A stretch of DNA of 64,000 nt from Amoebidium appalachense (Eukaryota; Protista; Ichthyosporea), in assembly GCA_963693365.1 (NCBI GenBank), contig CAVNZM010000003.1:10260101-10324100 (forward strand). The letters are read 5' to 3'. Under the pieces are notes generated by a model, which was given only the letters and a program-made list of their open reading frames with translations, was not told the DNA's origin and searched no databases. The position numbers and the translations under genes were made by a program. Shown here piece by piece: positions 13,836-26,416 of this stretch. Numbering within the stretch: the first letter of the stretch is position 1; each line of letters opens with the position of its first letter.

Positions 13836-14903
13836 TCTCACTATGGTGTCGGACGTCGTTGACCCCTCAGTCTAGATCGATCCCGGAGGCAACGATCGCG
13901 CTACGGGCATGATATTTTTTTTTTTTCTTTTGACTGGATTTATTCGACGGAAAGATATGCAAGTAGGCACGGCATACTGAGAAGACAATAAAAACTTCAC
14001 GAGTTATCCAGTAACAAGTGCATACTGAGATACCTGAACACTGTGTGAAAATCATATAAATACTCAATGTGACGACCAACAGAATTCAACAAAAAGTCTA
14101 AAGTGTTCACATTGCCAGCTAGTGTAGCAGATACCCGGAGGGAAAGAGGTAAAACGCGACATGATAATTGCAGTTTTGGATAGCTCTCGTCACGGGGATG
14201 ACGGGGATATAAGTTTTTGGGCGATATCTTGTGTGACGTCACAAGCCCCCTAAAAGCCCCCAAAATGACGTGCTAACTGCGCCACTGCTGCTAAAAATAG
14301 TAACACACGGTTTACACCTGCCATATATGGTAGTTCCGCGAAAATCTGAAAACTTTACATTTTCAGGCTGTGCTACTGCACATTGTAATGTTGTGACAAT
14401 AGACATGTATATGAGAAGAAAGACGACGTGGAAAAAGCAGTATTTAGGTCTTTTATGAGACCCAACCCTTCAGGGCTGTATACGGCACGACCCCGGATTC
14501 TTGGGCTGCAGTTCGAATTCGATCCTGGCCGTGGCTGAAAAAAAAAAAAAAATTCAAAACTTTTTTCAACTCCAAAAATATCCCACAACAGCTCTCGTCG
14601 AGATATGTCGATTGCACTAAGAAACGTATAAAGTTTATATGCGGGTATTCGAGAAACATGCTTGCAAAAATAGATGACGTCACAAGCCCCCTACAATAGT
14701 AAATGGTCCGATAATTTCTCAATGAGAAAAAAATCTGCAGTTTTGCTTAAGCTAGTGGTACCTGGGACTAAGGAACAAGAGGGAAAAGGGGGAACGAGGC
14801 ACTTGGTGTGAGGGACGGTGACGGGACTCACACAGAGATGCCGAGAGTCTGTATTGGGCCTGTGCTTGTGAGCGATGGCCAACTGGCTGCCGTGAGCGAG
14901 CCG

Positions 14904-15416
14904 GGTGCGCCTGCCTATACCCCAGTGCGGGCGAGGTCACGTGATCTCGCTCGGGCATTCCCCCCAGCTCGTCCCGAGCTCAAACCAGGAGGGGAAAAAG
15001 GGCGGCTAACAGAGTGACCTGCACCCAGGGTATAAGGCAGCACCGAAAGTGGCAGTTATGTACAGGCATACTAGAATACAGACATGTGGCAGATATTATG
15101 AGGTCTAGCGATAGCTTAAAGGCTATGTGCTATATTATTAAGCAAGCCTATTGAAGCTAAATTAGAGACCTATGCTAGGGCTAGCTATATATGAAAGAAA
15201 AAATGGATATGATGCTCTAGCTAGCGGCTAAAGCACAAGTAGCTAACTTAGTAAGATGCTACTAAAGAACGTGCTAAAAGTAAGTTAGCGCTATTTAATA
15301 AACTTCATGCATATATATAATATGTACAGGCACGCATTCATGCATACAACATGTGCAAACGAATTTTTTTATTCGAAAATATAGTGTGTGTGTATGTGTG
15401 TGGGTGTGTCACGGTG

Positions 15417-15484
<68 letters not shown>

Positions 15485-15895
15485 CAGTGTGTGTGTGTGA
15501 GGGGAGCAGCTCGAGTGAGTAGCCAGGTTGGTGCAGGGGTGGCCTTGCGAGATAGGGTGCTCGCCTCGTGCATGTGGAAGTAGGCCTAGAAGGCGGTGGC
15601 GGGAGGGGGCGGGGGGGGGGGGGGGGGGGGAGGGAGGGGGGGGGGGGGGGGAAGGGGAAGCGGGGAAGGGGGGCAGGAAATGAGGGGAAAAGGCCTAGCG
15701 ATTCGAGCGGCTCGAGTGAGTAGCCAACTCTGAAGGAGGTGGCCTTGCGAGGTAAGGCGCTCGGAAAAGAGAGGAGTGTATAATAATAAAAAATGTGTTC
15801 ATTTTTTTTTTTTAATGGGTTGGGGACAGTAGGTAATGGGTGTTTACTGGTTACCAGGGGGGGGGGGGGGGTGTATGTGCGTGGGTGGGCCACTG

Positions 15896-15961
<66 letters not shown>

Positions 15962-16145
15962 TGCATGTGTCTGGATCTGGATCTGGATCTGGTTGTGTCT
16001 TTGTGTCTGCCACACATACGCCGAATAAGACCCCATCATCTCCAATTCCATGCCCTACGCACAAATATCCCACCCTACTCCAAAGAGATTCCACAGTCAT
16101 CATCCAATTAGAACCCATTAATACCAACCCCCTTTCAAAGAAAAA

Positions 16146-16192
<47 letters not shown>

Positions 16193-16723
16193 ACACCGTG
16201 GCCCACCCACACACATGATACACACACACTATATTTTCGAATCAAAAAAAGATTCGTTTGCACATGTTGTATGCATGAATGCGTGCCTTTACATATTATA
16301 TGCATGAAGCTTCTTTATTAAATAACGCTAACTTACTTTTAGCACGTTCTTTAGTAGCATCTTAGCTACTTGTGCTAGTTTAGCCGCTAGCTAGAGCATC
16401 ATATCCAATTTTTCTTTCATATATAGCTAGCCCTAGCATAGGTCTCTAATTTAGCTTCAATAGGCTTGCTTAAATTAGAGCACTGTGATAGCCTTTAAGC
16501 TATCGCTAGACCTCATAATATCTGCCACATGTCTGTATTCTAGTATGCCTGTACATAACTGCCACTTTCGGTGCTGCCTTATACCCTGGGTGCTGGTCAC
16601 TCTGTTAGCCGCCCTTTTTTTCCTCCTGGTTTGAGCTCGGGAAGAGCTCAACTCCCCAGGGGGGAATTGTGCCCGAGCGAGATCACGTGACCTCGCCCGC
16701 ACTGGGGTATAGGCAGGCGCACC
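14904..16723. mobile_element. Foldback-type element: two ~520-bp inverted arms around a ~770-bp spacer, non-coding
   Basis: 14904-~15420 is the reverse complement of ~16190-16723 (GGTGCGCCTGCCTATACCCCAGTGCGGGCGAGGTCAC...ATTCGAAAATATAGTGTG), high identity with a few indels. No transposase ORF and no TSD seen. Confidence 0.85.
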
Positions 16724-16828
16724 AGTTTTCAACTTTTTTGAAGTATCGAGACCGTCGACGAGACGTCAGCCTTGTAGCCCTTGATGAGACGAATCGATAA
16801 TAAGGAGGCCTTGGTTATCATGCGTTTA

Positions 16829-16865
<37 letters not shown>

Positions 16866-17624
16866 ATTACACACTGATAGATATTGCTTTTGTATCTCGT
16901 ATTATATGTTGGTACGCGAGTGTTTGTGGGATTTCTAATCTGGGGAATACTGGAGGAGTCTACAATAAAGAACCTGCAATCTATCCGGCCGAGGAAGCTT
17001 CCGGACAGGAAGGGAAACCAAATCTCAAATGTCGAAAAAACACCTTTCTAAGTAAACACACACGGAAAGGAACGAACGTGTCCGAAAAATTGTGTACGAA
17101 AAATTGCAAAGTTTATTGCTAGGCCTGACTCCGACGGGCAACCTGAGATCCAAACGGAACCAAGCTAAGTCATCAACTGCGGCCATCAAAGCCGTGCCCC
17201 CAAAGATCATCATCGATATCACCCGCCCCCCCTACGATGCCACATTCCACGCATTCCGATCTAATGAACTCTATCGTGCGCCTGCACGAGCTAAGTCAAT
17301 CGGCTCGCTCTAATATACATGTCTTTTGTCTCTCCCCTCTCCCTCCACCTAGTGGCACCGCGGAGTCTAAGTCTACATTTCATACTATCTCCCCCCCCCC
17401 CTCCCCCCTCTACTCCTTCCTGTACATCAAAATATATATATATACGTTTGGCAAATTACACTATCAGAACCAGAACTTGCCCTATACACTATTACTAATT
17501 CTATTGGTCGGCTGCTCCAGGCTGACGTGGTCCTGCCCTGCGCCTGCGGAGACAAAAAGAGACAGCTGTACAGCTGATCTTGAGGCCCTGGACTTGATTC
17601 TTGATGACCTGTCACACCCGGGCC

Positions 17625-17656
<32 letters not shown>

Positions 17657-17979
17657 ATCCCCCCCCCCCCGATCTTGATCGTTGACTGATGATGATCTGC
17701 TGAGACGGATTAGTATATGTCAAGTGTGAAACGCTTGGTTCTCAATTACACTTACTCCGAACACCGAAGTTTATGTGACGTGTCTTCTGTCCACAGGTAT
17801 GGTAGCATGCTTGCGGAAATGTGTTGCCCTTTACTTGACATTCTTTTTCTCTTGAGTCTTCAAGATCTGTAGACACGTGTACATACTAAAAAGGCAGGCC
17901 ACAAGAACTTTTCTGATGTTGGACGAGTCGACTCACCATCACCAAGATGTGTACAAAGAGTAGTCACCAAGCGCTTTTC

Positions 17980-18135
17980 GTGACCCAATCAAACAAACTA
18001 TCACAAAATCATCTTATCCAATCACGAACAGCAAACAAAACAGACAACCAATCACATCAGCTTACTAATCTTTTGGCGCCAAGGCGGAAGTTATAAGCTT
18101 TTGCACACGTGTGCATCCTCCCTCAGACTCTACAG
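17980..18135 (+). promoter_or_regulatory. NAP1 promoter and non-coding first exon (3x CCAAT, E2F site, TATA-like)
   Basis: CCAATCA at about 17985, 18018 and 18048 (~30-bp spacing), TTTTGGCGCC at about 18071, TTATAAG at 18091, then donor CAG|gtgggg at 18135. Confidence 0.6.
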
Positions 18136-18797
18136 GTGGGGTTTGAGTTTGTGTGTTTTTTTTTTGTCTTGTTTTTTGGGTTTTTCCCTTGTTCTTTTCA
18201 TGCCTCAATATACTTGTATAGGGAGGAGGAAACGTTTACCTGCAAAAGCTAGCGTCAGCGTAGGATTTTATCTGTATGCTTGTTCCCCATTCTTTGAGAG
18301 CTCATGTTCGTGCGTGTGTGAGTTTAATTGTGGAGCCCTTTGTTTTGCAGCGCCTTCTTAGCGTGGGACATGCAGTTGTCTCTTGCATGACACATGTATT
18401 TATTTACAAGCGGAGGATTGAAAGCTCAGAACCAGCATTTTTTCTTACCAGACGAGTTGTAGCATTCTTTTTCAAGGTTATAAGCAGTTGAGGGCTGGCA
18501 CTTGGATCGTTCACCCTTGTGTTGTGTGGGTGTGTGCTCTTGTATGTGCAAAACAGGAAGGGCGCGCGTGTGCCTTTTTTGTGAAAATCTATAATTAACA
18601 TGTGTGGGGGTGGAGATGTGCCTGTGAGAGGGAGGTGTGGTGGTGGTGGTGGTGATTGCGGTGGTTTTCAAAGGGATAAGGATGAAGGGGATGGGCACAC
18701 TATAACAGGTGGGCTTTCCAGCCGGGGGGAGGGGGGGGGGGGGGGGGGTAAGGAGGGGGGGAGGGGGGAGGGGAAGAAGGAGGTTAAGAGGGAGGAG

Positions 18798-18915
18798 GAG
18801 GGTTGCATAAATATCTGAGGGGTAACATAAAATGGATGCAGGCTTTTGGTGGCTCCGAGGGTTGCATAAATATCTGAGGGGTAACCTAACCTGGATGCAG
18901 GCTTTTGGTGGCTCC
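18798..18915 (+). repeat. 59-bp tandem duplication ending at the NAP1 5'UTR-intron acceptor
   Basis: GAGGGTTGCATAAATATCTGAGGGGTAAC...GGTGGCTCC twice; acceptor AG at 18917-18918. Confidence 0.9.
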
Positions 18916-18930
18916 CAGCCGGACAGCAAC

Positions 18931-20365
18931 ATGGCCGACCGTAAGACACTTACCGAGCAAATGATGAGGGACCCTGCGGTCATGGCTGCACTTCAGGTAT
19001 AAAAAGGGTGTTACGGGGGAAGGGAGGGGAGCGGCGGGAGAGGGAGGAGGGTGGGGGAGAGAGAGACGGGGGGGGGGGGGGGAGGGGGGCAAGGATGTGG
19101 GTGTGTGCATGTCTTATTTTTACGAAGGTTGGGTGTGTCTGGTGGTGAATACGGGTTGGAGGATGACTTCTAGCAGGGGTCTATGCTTGCATGTTCCTTG
19201 CCAATATATGTGCCTGTGGGCCCCTGCATCGTGCGTGCTTGTGTTGTTAACGGTTTTGGGTGGACAAGTGCGTTCTTGGTGGTTGGATGTGTAGTTGTTC
19301 GGTTTTAGAGGTGTGTGTTTGTGTGCACACAGGGTATATTATGAGCCACTTCGTGTGAGACAGAATGGCGAGGGGGGGGGAGGGGGGGGGGAGACAACGT
19401 TGTGAAAATTTTCATCGAAGGTGTGGGTGGGGTTTAAACTGCCCATATCTAGTTCACGACGGTCTATTTTTAGTCCATGACGCTAAAATAAGCAACATTT
19501 CAGGCCAAGATGCAGGAAATGGTGGGCAAGTCCTCCGGCCTGATTGAGAGCTACCCTCCCGATGTGCAGGCTCGCATCAAGGCCCTCAAGAACTTCAACG
19601 TACGTGTGTGTGTGTGCGTGTGTGTGCGTGTGTGTGTGTGGATGGATGGCTGGGTGTGTGTATGGATGTTTGTGTGTGTATGGGGGAGGGACGGAGGGGG
19701 GCAGGGCTTGAGCACTTGCGAGAGGGATGCTTGGGTGTGTGGGAGCATGTGTTTAGGTGTGAGATGGGGGGAGGGGTAGAGGGGAGTGAAGAGGAGAGGA
19801 TACGGAACGATATAGGGGGCTGGGGGGAGGGTTGGGGGCAAGGGGGTCCAGGTAGGTGTGTGGGGGGTGATCGAATGTTTCGGTTTGTTGCGCTTGTGGG
19901 TATGCTCGGGTGTATTATGAATCGCCTCTCCCCCCCCCCCCCTCCCCCCCCCCCCCCTCCTTCCCGCGACGATGAACTCCGCTTTTTAACTATGCTCTCC
20001 CTAGTGTTTATTAAGAATCTTGTTTGATGTAAAATTTTAAATGCAGAAAGAGCACCACAAGCTCGAATTGGTGAGCTTTTTCATGGTTTACGTTTTAATT
20101 TTTACTGCAGAAAGAGCACCACTAGCTCGAATTGGTGAGCTTTTTAATGGTTTTAATCTTAATTTTTACTGCAGAAAGAGCACCACGCTCTGGAGCTGCA
20201 GTTCAACAAGGAGGTTGCCGAGCTGGAGAAGAAGTACCAGAAGCTGTACGCCCCCATCTACGCCAAGGTGTGTGTGTGTGTGTGTGTGTCAGACGGTGTG
20301 TGGGTGCGTGCGCGCGCGAGTGTGTACGTGTGTGTGGTTGGGTGGGTGGGTGTGGGTGTTACACA

Positions 20366-20401
<36 letters not shown>

Positions 20402-21082
20402 CCCCCCCCCCCCCCCCCCCCCTCTCCCCCACCCCCCTGCCTCTCTTCTTTTTCTTTTGCTCTTTCTCTGTGTGCCCTCCTCTCCCTTTCAGTCCCCTGC
20501 TCTCCCTCTGTCTGTGTGTAAGCTCACACGTGCGCTTGCAAGGTGTGTGGTCGCGGCACGTACACTTGTGTGGTGACTTGTGTCAGGGAGGGGGGGGGGA
20601 TTTGAAGGTTGGAGTGAAAGGCATTCCACGAGGACAGTGTGGTTGGATGTCAGCATGTGCGTGTGTGGATGGGTCTCTGTGTGTGTGTGTGTGTGTTTTC
20701 GTTTTGAATGTGCACACGCATACACACATACGCAAATACACATGCTCACATGTACATACTTGTATGTAGGATGTATTCGTTTGTATACGATTGGATGGAA
20801 GAGGTATGCAACCAAGGTGAGCATTTAGTTTTTCGGGTGATCTTGTTTGGTCAAGCTCGATATCGCAATAATTTAACCAGCAAAACATTGAAACTGACCT
20901 CTTTCGATCACATTTTATAGCGCACGGAGATTGTTGGCGGTGGTCGGGAGCCGACGGAGGCCGAGGCCACCTATGAGGACAGCGAGGAGGAGGAGGAGGA
21001 TGAGGAGATTGCGGAGGTGCAGAAGAAGATGAAGGTGGGTGGGTGTGGGTGTGTGTGGGGGGGGGGGGGAGGAGGGAAGAGG

Positions 21083-21117
<35 letters not shown>

Positions 21118-24100
21118 GGGTGTGTGTGGGGGGGGGGGGGGGGGTGGGTGGGTAGTGGGGAGGGTGTGTGATTTTTTTTTTTTGGGGGGGGGGGGAGGCT
21201 CTGCATAAAAGCTTGGGGTGGTGTGCGTGGAGGGGAGGACACATGTATTTGTGTCTCTTTGGGATGAAGAACTTCGCTCTCTCTCTGTGTGTGTTAGTTT
21301 GTGTGTGGAGGTGATCTGTCCCTGTGCATGGTTCGGGAGTGGCGGTAACAGAACAGAAGGGCCTTTCTTTTTCTTTTTGGTATCTTTCGGTTTTTTCCCC
21401 TTGTGTTTTGTGGTTGGGGGGGGTAGGGGGGGGTAGAAGATTGGCTTCCAATTTGCCTGTGTTTCAGCATGGTGATACGATGGAATTCAGTCTTTGATTG
21501 GCTACTGACTGTGCCCCCACATTCTATGATCACAGGAGGAGCTCAAGCTCAAGAACGCCAATGCTGGTATGCTCCTTACCCCCCCCCCCCCCCCCCCCCC
21601 CTTCCTGCCCCCTCTCTCCCCCTCCCCCTTTCCCCCGCCCCCTTTCCACCATATTGCAACCTCAACCCCCGGCCTTTCCCACTGCTATTGCTTGTGAATG
21701 TGATGGCATCAGTAACCCTGCTCGTGTGTGATTAAGACGGTTGATCCACCGATGTAAAAGTGATGGGGTTTTGCAGTATCTGTGGTTGATTTTTGTCGAG
21801 TTTCGTTGACGTGGTGAATTCGTCGAAACTCGGGTGCTGTGGCTCTGCTATTGTGCACAATTTTATGCGTGCTCTCCAATCTGTGCATTTTGTTGCCCGT
21901 CATAAATACATGTGCATTTGTGTTTGTGGGGATCGACACTACAAAAAGTTGTGGGGGTGGGGGTTTATGCTGATTTTTTATTTTCATTTACAGCGTCAGT
22001 CAAAGGTATCCCGGGCTTCTAGTAGATTTGTAGATTTTGGGGAGGGTGTTGGAATCCATACCTCAAAAATTTGTATTGCGTGGGGGTTTTATACTGACTG
22101 TTGTTGAATTTTTGTTACAGCGCCAGTCCAGGGTATCCCAGACTTCTGGCTGACGGCCATGCAGAACCACGAGGCCATTCAGGCCCTGATCCAGGAACAC
22201 GATGTTCCAATTCTCAGCTCACTCAAGGATGTGCGGCTGGTGTACCTGGAGGGTGAACAGCAGGTGTGTGTGTGTGCGTGTATGTGTGTGTGTTTGGGGG
22301 GGGGGGGGGGGGGGGGGGGGGGCGTAGGTGGGTATAGTAGGTGTGTGTGTGCGTGCGTGTACGCGTGCTCGAGTGCGGGTGCCTGAGCCTGTCTGTGTGT
22401 GATTTTCCCTGTGCCTCTGTGTGTGTATACTTGCATGTGGTGTGTGTGTACGTGTGCCCTTGTATGTGTGTGGCTGTGCACATACGTCTATGTGTGAGTG
22501 CCGGTGTATGTGTGTGCGTGTACCTATGGTGGGTGAATTAGGGTGTGGCTGGGTGGGCGAGGGGGGGAGGAAGGGGGGGGGGGGGTGGGGGGGGTGAGAA
22601 ATGGTTGGAGTGCTGGGGGGGGGGGGGGTCCTGTACACTCGTATGTTTGTGAGGATGTAAAGACGCGCATGTGTTTGTGTACTCGTCTGAACCTGTGCAT
22701 GGGCCGGTTTACATGCATTGTATGTGTCCGTGTGTGTGCACACACGTGTCCGTATGTGTGTACACACACGCCGCCCGTGTGTGCATGTTCACAGTTGTGT
22801 CCTTCTTGGTGTACGGGTGTACGTAGGTGTCGTGTGTGTACGGTGTGCTTGTGTGTGTCTGCGTGTGCAGGTAGCTAGTTGAAGGTGTAGAATGTGTCAG
22901 TGCGCTTGTGCGTGTGTACGTGTGGGAGCTGTTTCTGCTTAGTTTCCACCCGTGTCCGTTTTTGCCACGATTTTCTAACACTGTTTCTTTCTGTGTACAG
23001 GGGTTCACTCTTGAGTTTGAGTTTGATGCCAACGAATACTTCAGCAACACGGTGCTGACCAAGACATATTTTGTGGATGAGAACGACGAGTACTGCAAGC
23101 TCGAGGGGTACGTGTGTGTGGGTGTATGGGTGTTTTTTTTCTTTTTTTCTTTTTTTTTTTTTTTTTGTGGGGGGGGGGGGGGGGGGGGGGGGGGTAATAT
23201 GTGTGTGTTTGGTGTGTGTGCGCGTGCCTGCACGTGCGTGCGTGCGTGCGTGTGGGTGTGCATGGCGGGGGGAGGGAGGGGCGAAGGGGGGTTGTGCGTG
23301 TGGGTGTTGCGTGTGGGTGGCTGGGTGCGTTGATTGTGTGAGTGGGTGTTGGTGGCTTTGTTAGTTTGTGTGTATGTATGTGTGCACGAGGGTTGCTTGT
23401 GCGAGGTGTTGGTCGTGGTCGTAGTGGTGGTGTGGGTGCGGTGGATGTCTTTTTTTCTGGGGGGGGGGGGGGGGGGGAGAGTTGTTGAGTGTGCGCGTGT
23501 GCATTCCTATTTGGAGGACGAGAGGGAAAGGGGGAGAATGTGTTGGGTTGGGATTGACTTGGAGGAGAGAGGAGGGGTGTGTATGTGTGTGTGTGTTTTT
23601 TTTTTTTTTTTTTTTTTTGGGGAGGGGGGGGGGGGGGGGGGGGGGGGAGTGAGGGACCAAAAGGGCTCTGCTTCGGCACATCAATACAGCTTCCGGTATT
23701 GGTACGGGATATGGTAAGGGAACGAAGTGAACGATTCAATGGAATAACATCCCAATAACTATTTACCATTAGCGGAACAACATTCCACCAGCTAGCCATC
23801 TATCCAATCACCCCCCCTCTCAGGTTCGCCATCCAATGGAATAACATGCCAATAACTAATTACCATTAGCAGAACAACATACCACCAGCTAACCATCTAT
23901 CCATTCACACACCTTCAGGTGTGCTATCCAATGGAACGGCGACAAGGACGTGACGGTGCAGAAGACCAAGAAGAAGCAGCGCCATAAGAGCTCGGGCCAG
24001 GTGCGCACCACCACCAAGATCGAGCCCAGGGAGTCTTTCTTCAGATTCTTTGCCCCCCCTCAGATCCCAGATGACGATGCAGAGGAGGAGCTGGATGAGG

Positions 24101-24352
24101 AGGTACGTGTGTGGTTTGGGGGGGGGGGGGGGGTGGATGGGAGGGGGGGGGGGGGTGGAGGGAGTGGTTGGGGAGATGGGTGGGAGTGAGGAGTTGGGGT
24201 GGGGTGAAAGGGGGGGGGGGGTCGGTGGGTGGGGGGGGGTTCGTTTATTTTCATGTAAATGCATGTGTGTGTGTGGGGGGGGGGGGGGGGTGGTTATGTG
24301 AGTGAGTGCTATGCATGTCTGCAGCCGCCCCCTCTGCATGATATGCCCCCCT

Positions 24353-24383
<31 letters not shown>

Positions 24384-24740
24384 TATTCGGCACTTCCCAT
24401 GTTGGCATATTCGTTGTGGATGCTTTGAGATGTGCATCGTGTTGTCCATCATGAATGTGCCCTTCGTACTTTCTGAGGCTTTCTCCTCTTCCCCCCTTTC
24501 CCTCTCCCCCCGGCATCCCCTCACCCGATTTCCAGGTGCCACTAGTTCTTGTTATCTTTCTATACACAAAAACACACCTACTCACACACACGCGCGCGCA
24601 CACTCACACACACGTACAGGCGCAGCAGCAGCTGTCCCTCGACATTGAGGCCGGAGAGGCTCTGAAGGAGGAGATCATTCCCCATGCTGTCCTCTGGTTC
24701 ACCGGCGAGGCCAACGATGTATGTTTATCCCTCGCTCCCC

Positions 24741-24774
<34 letters not shown>

Positions 24775-26071
24775 CTCTTCTCCACTCCGCTTTCCTGTGG
24801 CCTGCTTGCAGAAGTAACAATGCTCGTCTCTGATCAAGACTGGTGACCTTGCAACACATTCCAACAATCCCCCCTCCCCCCCCCCCCCCCCCCCCCCCCG
24901 CCCCTCCCCTCCGCGCCCGGCCGCCCGCCCTTTCCTCCTTCAATTGTTCTTCCTTTCCAGTCTACCTCTTCTTATTTGCTTTCCGATGGGATACTTTTCT
25001 AACCCCCCCCCCCCCCCCCCCCCTCGGTTCTTCTCTCCCTCCCCTCCCCTTCCCTGCTCCTGCCTAACCAAGACGCACACGCACATCCACACGTACAGGC
25101 ACACGTATAGTTTTCTCATTCCTGTCACCTCTTTCTCCTCAGGATTATGAGCCGGATGATGATGAGTACGATGACGACGAGGAGTACGAGGAGGATGAGG
25201 ACGAGGATGACGTACGTGTGTGTGTGTGCATGTGTGTGTGTGTGTGTGTCATCTGTCTCTGTGGTTTGATCTATCGTGTCCCCACCCCCTTCCTCCTCCA
25301 CCCCCGTGTGTGTGTGTTGAGTATGAAACTGTCTCTGTCGTTTGAATTATGCCCCCCTCCCCCCCTTCACCCCGTGTTTGTGTGTTTTATGACTACTGTC
25401 CATTCGTTGGAACTCTCCCCCCTCCCCTCCCCTCCCCTCCCCTCCCCTCCCCCCTCTCCCCCCTGTGTGTGTGGTTTCACTGGTGGATCTCTCTGTCACT
25501 CATCTATTGTTGCCGTGGAAGTGGATCTAGGCCTGAAACAGGTTAGATTGTCACAGGAGGACAGGTGAATGGGTTTGTCGTTTACGTTCGTGCGTGTGTG
25601 CGTGGTGTGTCTTGTGTGGGTGGATCTCCCCCCCCCCCCCCCCCCCCCCCCCCTTCCCCCCCTCTCTCTCTGTGTGTGTGTATGTATCTGTGTGTCTTTG
25701 TGGAGGCAAAGTTATAATAGCGGGGCTGTGCCTATCAACCCCCCCCCCCCCCCCCTCTCCCTCCCGGGTACTGGCAAGGTGCTAGTGCACACCAAATATG
25801 GTAATTGTTACTGACTTCTGATTGGCAGGATGACGATGAGGATGAGGAGAAGGACCCCAACTTCGACCCTACCAAGGTATACCTGCTCTCCGTGCCTGTG
25901 CTCTTTATTCCGAGGCTTTTGTTTCACCGTCCGTTTTTCTTCTTTCCTTTCGTTCTTTTCTTTCTTTTTTTCGCCCCTGTCACATGCTCCTTTCTCGCTC
26001 TGCTCTCCCCCTTGCCCTCTCCCTCTCCCTCCCACATTCCCTCGTACCCTTTCTCCCCCCCCCCCCCCCCC

Positions 26072-26124
<53 letters not shown>

Positions 26125-26175
26125 CCTCCCCCCCCACCCCCACCCCCCCTCTCTCCCTTTCTCCCCCCCCCCCCT

Positions 26176-26206
<31 letters not shown>

Positions 26207-26416
26207 AAAAAAAAAAAGAAGAAGAAGAAGAAGAAAAGTCATGTCAGCAGATGTGTCTCCAGCGTATGCATACACGCTGCTAATGCACACAACCACGTGG
26301 CCGCACACAGGCAGCATGATGCAATGACACACACACACACAGGCAAGGACACTGAGACACCTTGCTCGCTTTCTACGCAGAAACCCGAGACCCCGGCTGA
26401 GTGCAAACAGCAGTAG
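18931..26416 (+). CDS. NAP1: Nucleosome assembly protein 1 (NAP1 family histone chaperone), 12 coding exons
   Basis: Exons 18931-18996, 19504-19599, 20175-20267, 20921-21034, 21536-21566, 22121-22263, 23001-23107, 23919-24102, 24620-24718, 25143-25211, 25829-25876, 26381-26416, all GT-AG and phase-consistent. Motifs QMMRDPAVMAALQ, ELEKKYQKLYAPIYAKR, GIPDFWLTAM, FTLEFEFDANEYFSNTVLTKTY, KKKQRHK, ESFFRFF, IIPHAVLWFTGEA, acidic tail and C-terminal CKQQ prenylation motif. Confidence 0.96.
20035..20190 (+). repeat. 64-bp tandem triplication of the NAP1 exon-3 acceptor and exon start
   Basis: TGCAG|AAAGAGCACCAC with the AG ending at 20046, 20110 and 20174. Confidence 0.9.
21812..21925 (+). mobile_element. 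Copy of the hammerhead-like repeat (internal deletion) in NAP1 intron 5
   Basis: GGTGAATTCGTCGAAACTCGGGTGCTGT|GGCTCTGCTATTGTGCAC...; the CTGAGGA segment is deleted between two TGG microhomologies. Confidence 0.6.
23733..23937 (+). repeat. 95-bp tandem duplication of the NAP1 exon-8 acceptor and exon start
   Basis: CAATGGAATAACAT...CAG unit with pseudo-acceptor at 23823 and true acceptor at 23918. Confidence 0.9.
24398..24480 (+). mobile_element. Partial copy of the hammerhead-like repeat in NAP1 intron 8
   Basis: TGCATCGTGTTGTCCATCATGAATGTGCCCTTCGTACT matches the family body. Confidence 0.55.

Noticed and set aside
13653-13841. N-terminal extension of the redoxin ORF in the track (267 aa)
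   Set aside because: Starts at a non-ATG codon and runs through promoter motifs; ATG at 13652 has good context.
14470-14552. tRNA or tRNA-derived SINE (GTTCGAATTCGATCC followed by poly-A)
   Set aside because: Box-B-like motif only; no box A, acceptor stem, cloverleaf or TSD.
16915-17313. pogo/Tigger transposase remnant (GLTPTGNLR...KAVPPKII, CGISN)
   Set aside because: Only short motif resemblance, in the wrong order, no DDE domain; would need tBLASTn support.
20613-20627. VKGIP-coding snippet in NAP1 intron 3 as another exon copy
   Set aside because: Only 15 nt, no acceptor, far from exon 6; probably chance.
24103-24619. General rule that introns fold by 5' G/(GT)n pairing with 3' C/(CA)n
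   Set aside because: Holds for this intron, but several others are G-rich or C-rich throughout; not consistent in this window.
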